Origin: an uncultured Cytophagaceae bacterium
GTDB lineage: Bacteria; Bacteroidota; Bacteroidia; Cytophagales; Spirosomataceae
DNA: 37,928 bases
Assembly: GCA_903907915.1 (NCBI GenBank)
Contig: CAIVPV010000187.1
Location: 1-37,928 of the forward strand
Direction of reading: 5' to 3'
Both the position numbers and the translations under genes were made by a program. The notes below the pieces were generated by a model that searched no databases, had not been told where the DNA came from, and saw only the letters and a list, made by a program, of their open reading frames with translations. Each line of letters begins with the position of its first letter. The stretch's first letter is position 1. Below are positions 35,401-37,928 of the stretch, in pieces.

Positions 35401-37928
35401 TTATTCACTTAAACTATAGCGTATTTGGAAACCTCCTGCCACCGTAGAGCGATAGAAGGAATTAGAAACCAACGGATTATTCATCATCTTATCAAAATAA
35501 GCGGTGACCGTTAATTTATTATTCACATTATAACTTATTTGTGGACGGAATTGAAAATTAACAAAACCTTGCGTTACAATTGTCTCCGCATCTAATTTAC
35601 GTTGAAGTGTACGCGTATCCCGAATCGTTAAATTCATGTTGAAGCGCAAATCATTCGGTAAGCGCACGGCTCTACCATTGATTTTAAAGGGTATAAGCAG
35701 ATTGGCTTTAGTAAATCCTATGGCAACGGTCAAATCCTTATTAGCTAATTCTGCTACTTGTGAATTCGCTAGATTTAAACCTACATTCCGATCTTGGTTA
35801 TACTCTAAACGTAAGGAGATCTTACTCTTAGTTACCGCATTTATCCCAATTAGAGGAGAAAATCTTTCTACAAAAGAAATTGTACTCATCACATAAACAG
35901 GAATCAATGTATTGGTAACAGGATCAAAACGAGAGGAAAGTGGATACAACAAACTATTTAATGACAGGTTCATATAATCGGTGGCGAATTGACCATATTC
36001 CAGCGAGGATACAAAATTTCCCACATTATAGGTGCTTGAGTACATGTGAGAAATTGTAAAGGAAGCAAACTTATTCTTGATGCCTGGAAATAAATTCAAG
36101 CCATTATAATCTACTTTCCAGTTTGGTAGCGGGATATCATAGAAGGGCGAATACTTGACACTATTCGCTGAAACACCTGAATAGGCTGCAAAGAAAGCCG
36201 GAATCAGAACATCCTGGGAATTCTGATTATACGTTCCTATTTCAGTTGGTTTAGCCTTATTTAAACGAGACAAGAGAACCGAACGATTAGATCTAAATTC
36301 CTCAAAGACCGTTTCCGGATCAGAAAATGCCGTCATGAAGGATAGGAATGACATCGAATAATTACCAGATCGTATAGGACTTTGAGATTTAAAAGGACCA
36401 TTTGCTTGCTCTGGACGGAAAAATTCTTGGTAGTTATCCCCCCGATTATAATTCCCATCTACCTGAATACGCAAATCTTTAGTAGGCTCTAGTTGGGTTG
36501 AATAGCTTAACTTTTGGGTTCGCAGCTGGGTGAATGGGGTATTTTGAACTGTACTTTTTGTAAGCCAACCATTTTCAGCTGATTTAAATCGAATACCGTC
36601 ATCCTGTCCCCCACTGATAAAGTCAAAACCAGGTGCTGAATTAATCGCATTCATGCCAAAAATCCCAGGATTTGGCATAAAACCTGGTAAGGTCGTAGAT
36701 TCATTCACAGAATAATTAACCTGAATTCCGCGCAAAGTTAAAAGTAAACGAGTGATTGATTTCACAGCATTATTCGCTGGAATCACGATATCCTCCTCAT
36801 CACCAGGATTCCTTGCGACATTTTTTCCAAAAGTTCTAGGACTATTCGCCCAGCGTAATGCTTTAATGCGATTATATAAAGCAACAAAATCTATTTTCCC
36901 ATTAATAGCCTGTTCTCGGTTATTTTTAATAATATTCCCAAAAGGCAAACCCAATGAATCTCGAATATCAAAAGAGTTAGCATAATAATTATAACCAATT
37001 CGATGCGTGTAATCCGCATTCATCCAGTCGGTAAGCACCGATTTCTGTAAGGGCAAACGCCAAACCATGCCCGCTTGTTGATCAAAGCTTTTAGCTCTAC
37101 CTAAAGCCCGTAAACTAATCATCACGGAATCTCGTTTTTCTTGGGTATCCAAATCCCCAATAGGTTCATCAATGATGGAATTCACCTGCGCATTATAATT
37201 TAAAACGATACTCTTAGTCAAATTCCAATTTAACGCATATTGGCGATTAAAGAACCAATACTTCTCAAATTGAGGAGCCACACCTAAGGTTGTAAATTCA
37301 GAATTCCGCATTTGAGTTTTGATGAAACTACGATCCATATCTAATCGAACCAATAAAGACGATGGGACTAGATTTAGATTGAAATCTTTAATCAATTCAA
37401 ACGACGCTTTCTTAAATGGTTCAAGGAAACGGGATGAACTCGTAAAAGCATATAAAACACTTCCCTTATGCGATAATTGATTGTATTCGGCAATTAGAGG
37501 GCTCGTCCGTATCATTTCTGAATAGGCGTACGAGAAGGTAAAATTAGAGAAATCCCAGGGATAGCTATTTTTAGATAGCGCACTTCTCGACTTCTTCACA
37601 TTCGAAAAATTGAAACCTTTCCGCTCTGTATTATCTTCTACTAGCGTAAGATAAGATTGTTTTTTTACCTCAGAACTAAACTTCTGAATTGAATTCCTTA
37701 AGAAAATATCAGGATCAAAAGGATCAAATTCTGGCGAAATATTCCGTCTGTCGTACGTAATAAAGAAAGGTATTTTAAAACCCCAGCTCTTAGGCAATAG
37801 TTTATCTAAATTCAGGTTGGCCGTAATTCCATATTCCAAATTATTTTCGCGACTACGTTCTGAAATTTTGGCCTGAACCCCACCAAAACCGTAATTCTTA
37901 AAACTACCATTCATCTGAATCGTACCTA
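35401..37928 (-). CDS. sprA: T9SS outer-membrane translocon SprA/Sov, C-terminal part (5' end beyond the right edge)
   Basis: The frame is open to the window end (..GTIQMNGSF). FGGVQAKISER, PEFDPFDPD, SQDVLIPAFFAAY, IPLPNW, ERFSPLIG, beta-barrel-type terminus GGFQIRYSL; lies directly upstream of gcvH. Confidence 0.92.
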   Translation of the reverse strand, partial: GTIQMNGSFKNYGFGGVQAKISERSRENNLEYGITANLNLDKLLPKSWGFKIPFFITYDRRNISPEFDPFDPDIFLRNSIQKFSSEVKKQSYLTLVEDNTERKGFNFSNVKKSRSALSKNSYPWDFSNFTFSYAYSEMIRTSPLIAEYNQLSHKGSVLYAFTSSSRFLEPFKKASFELIKDFNLNLVPSSLLVRLDMDRSFIKTQMRNSEFTTLGVAPQFEKYWFFNRQYALNWNLTKSIVLNYNAQVNSIIDEPIGDLDTQEKRDSVMISLRALGRAKSFDQQAGMVWRLPLQKSVLTDWMNADYTHRIGYNYYANSFDIRDSLGLPFGNIIKNNREQAINGKIDFVALYNRIKALRWANSPRTFGKNVARNPGDEEDIVIPANNAVKSITRLLLTLRGIQVNYSVNESTTLPGFMPNPGIFGMNAINSAPGFDFISGGQDDGIRFKSAENGWLTKSTVQNTPFTQLRTQKLSYSTQLEPTKDLRIQVDGNYNRGDNYQEFFRPEQANGPFKSQSPIRSGNYSMSFLSFMTAFSDPETVFEEFRSNRSVLLSRLNKAKPTEIGTYNQNSQDVLIPAFFAAYSGVSANSVKYSPFYDIPLPNWKVDYNGLNLFPGIKNKFASFTISHMYSSTYNVGNFVSSLEYGQFATDYMNLSLNSLLYPLSSRFDPVTNTLIPVYVMSTISFVERFSPLIGINAVTKSKISLRLEYNQDRNVGLNLANSQVAELANKDLTVAIGFTKANLLIPFKINGRAVRLPNDLRFNMNLTIRDTRTLQRKLDAETIVTQGFVNFQFRPQISYNVNNKLTVTAYFDKMMNNPLVSNSFYRSTVAGGFQIRYSLSE

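Noticed and set aside
847-36985. Other short ORFs in the track (e.g. 847-1065, 1141-1482, 4363-4635, 20871-21185, 22398-22679, 35636-35896, 36752-36985)
   Set aside because: All are nested in or antisense to well-supported genes and have no recognisable motifs; treated as shadow ORFs.
5419-37928. Plug, cargo, gldF and sprA as a single T9SS locus
   Set aside because: They are separated by many unrelated housekeeping genes, and T9SS genes are normally scattered in Bacteroidota genomes.

Overview
This is an AT-rich, densely coding, mostly core-genome window from a member of the Bacteroidota. The evidence is TAnnTTTG -7 promoter boxes, a fused lpxC-fabZ, sprA next to gcvH, T9SS parts and signal peptides followed by Gln. 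A Cytophagales origin is my inference only. In order it holds: partial mltG, an Ldh_2 oxidoreductase, a stand-alone FMN glutamate-synthase-like protein, an ABC-F ATPase, a T9SS plug-like protein, a 7-bp tandem repeat, ychF, DUF3276, rlpA, a thioredoxin-like protein, YdcF, pfkA, M42 and S9 peptidases, leuC-leuD-cimA-leuB, rhaT, a PQQ/cytochrome c dehydrogenase, a small T9SS cargo behind a membrane-anchored degenerate AraC, an NRAMP-related transporter, a CAT-anticodon tRNA (probably Ile2), HD-lpxD-lpxC/fabZ-lpxA-ABC ATPase, gldF, two DUF4199 proteins, a dihydroorotase-like protein lacking metal ligands, gcvH and partial sprA. I found no transposase, integrase, phage, CRISPR or defence system and no clear-cut new multi-gene system. 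The best leads are four. (1) The membrane AraC with an eroded, acidic HTH coupled to a tiny T9SS cargo. (2) A 14-codon mini-ORF overlapping both the HD stop and the lpxD start. (3) A heptamer array and a 63-bp palindrome, each overlapping a stop codon. (4) Several proteins with altered catalytic or selectivity residues. All family calls come from motif recognition by eye; no searches were run.
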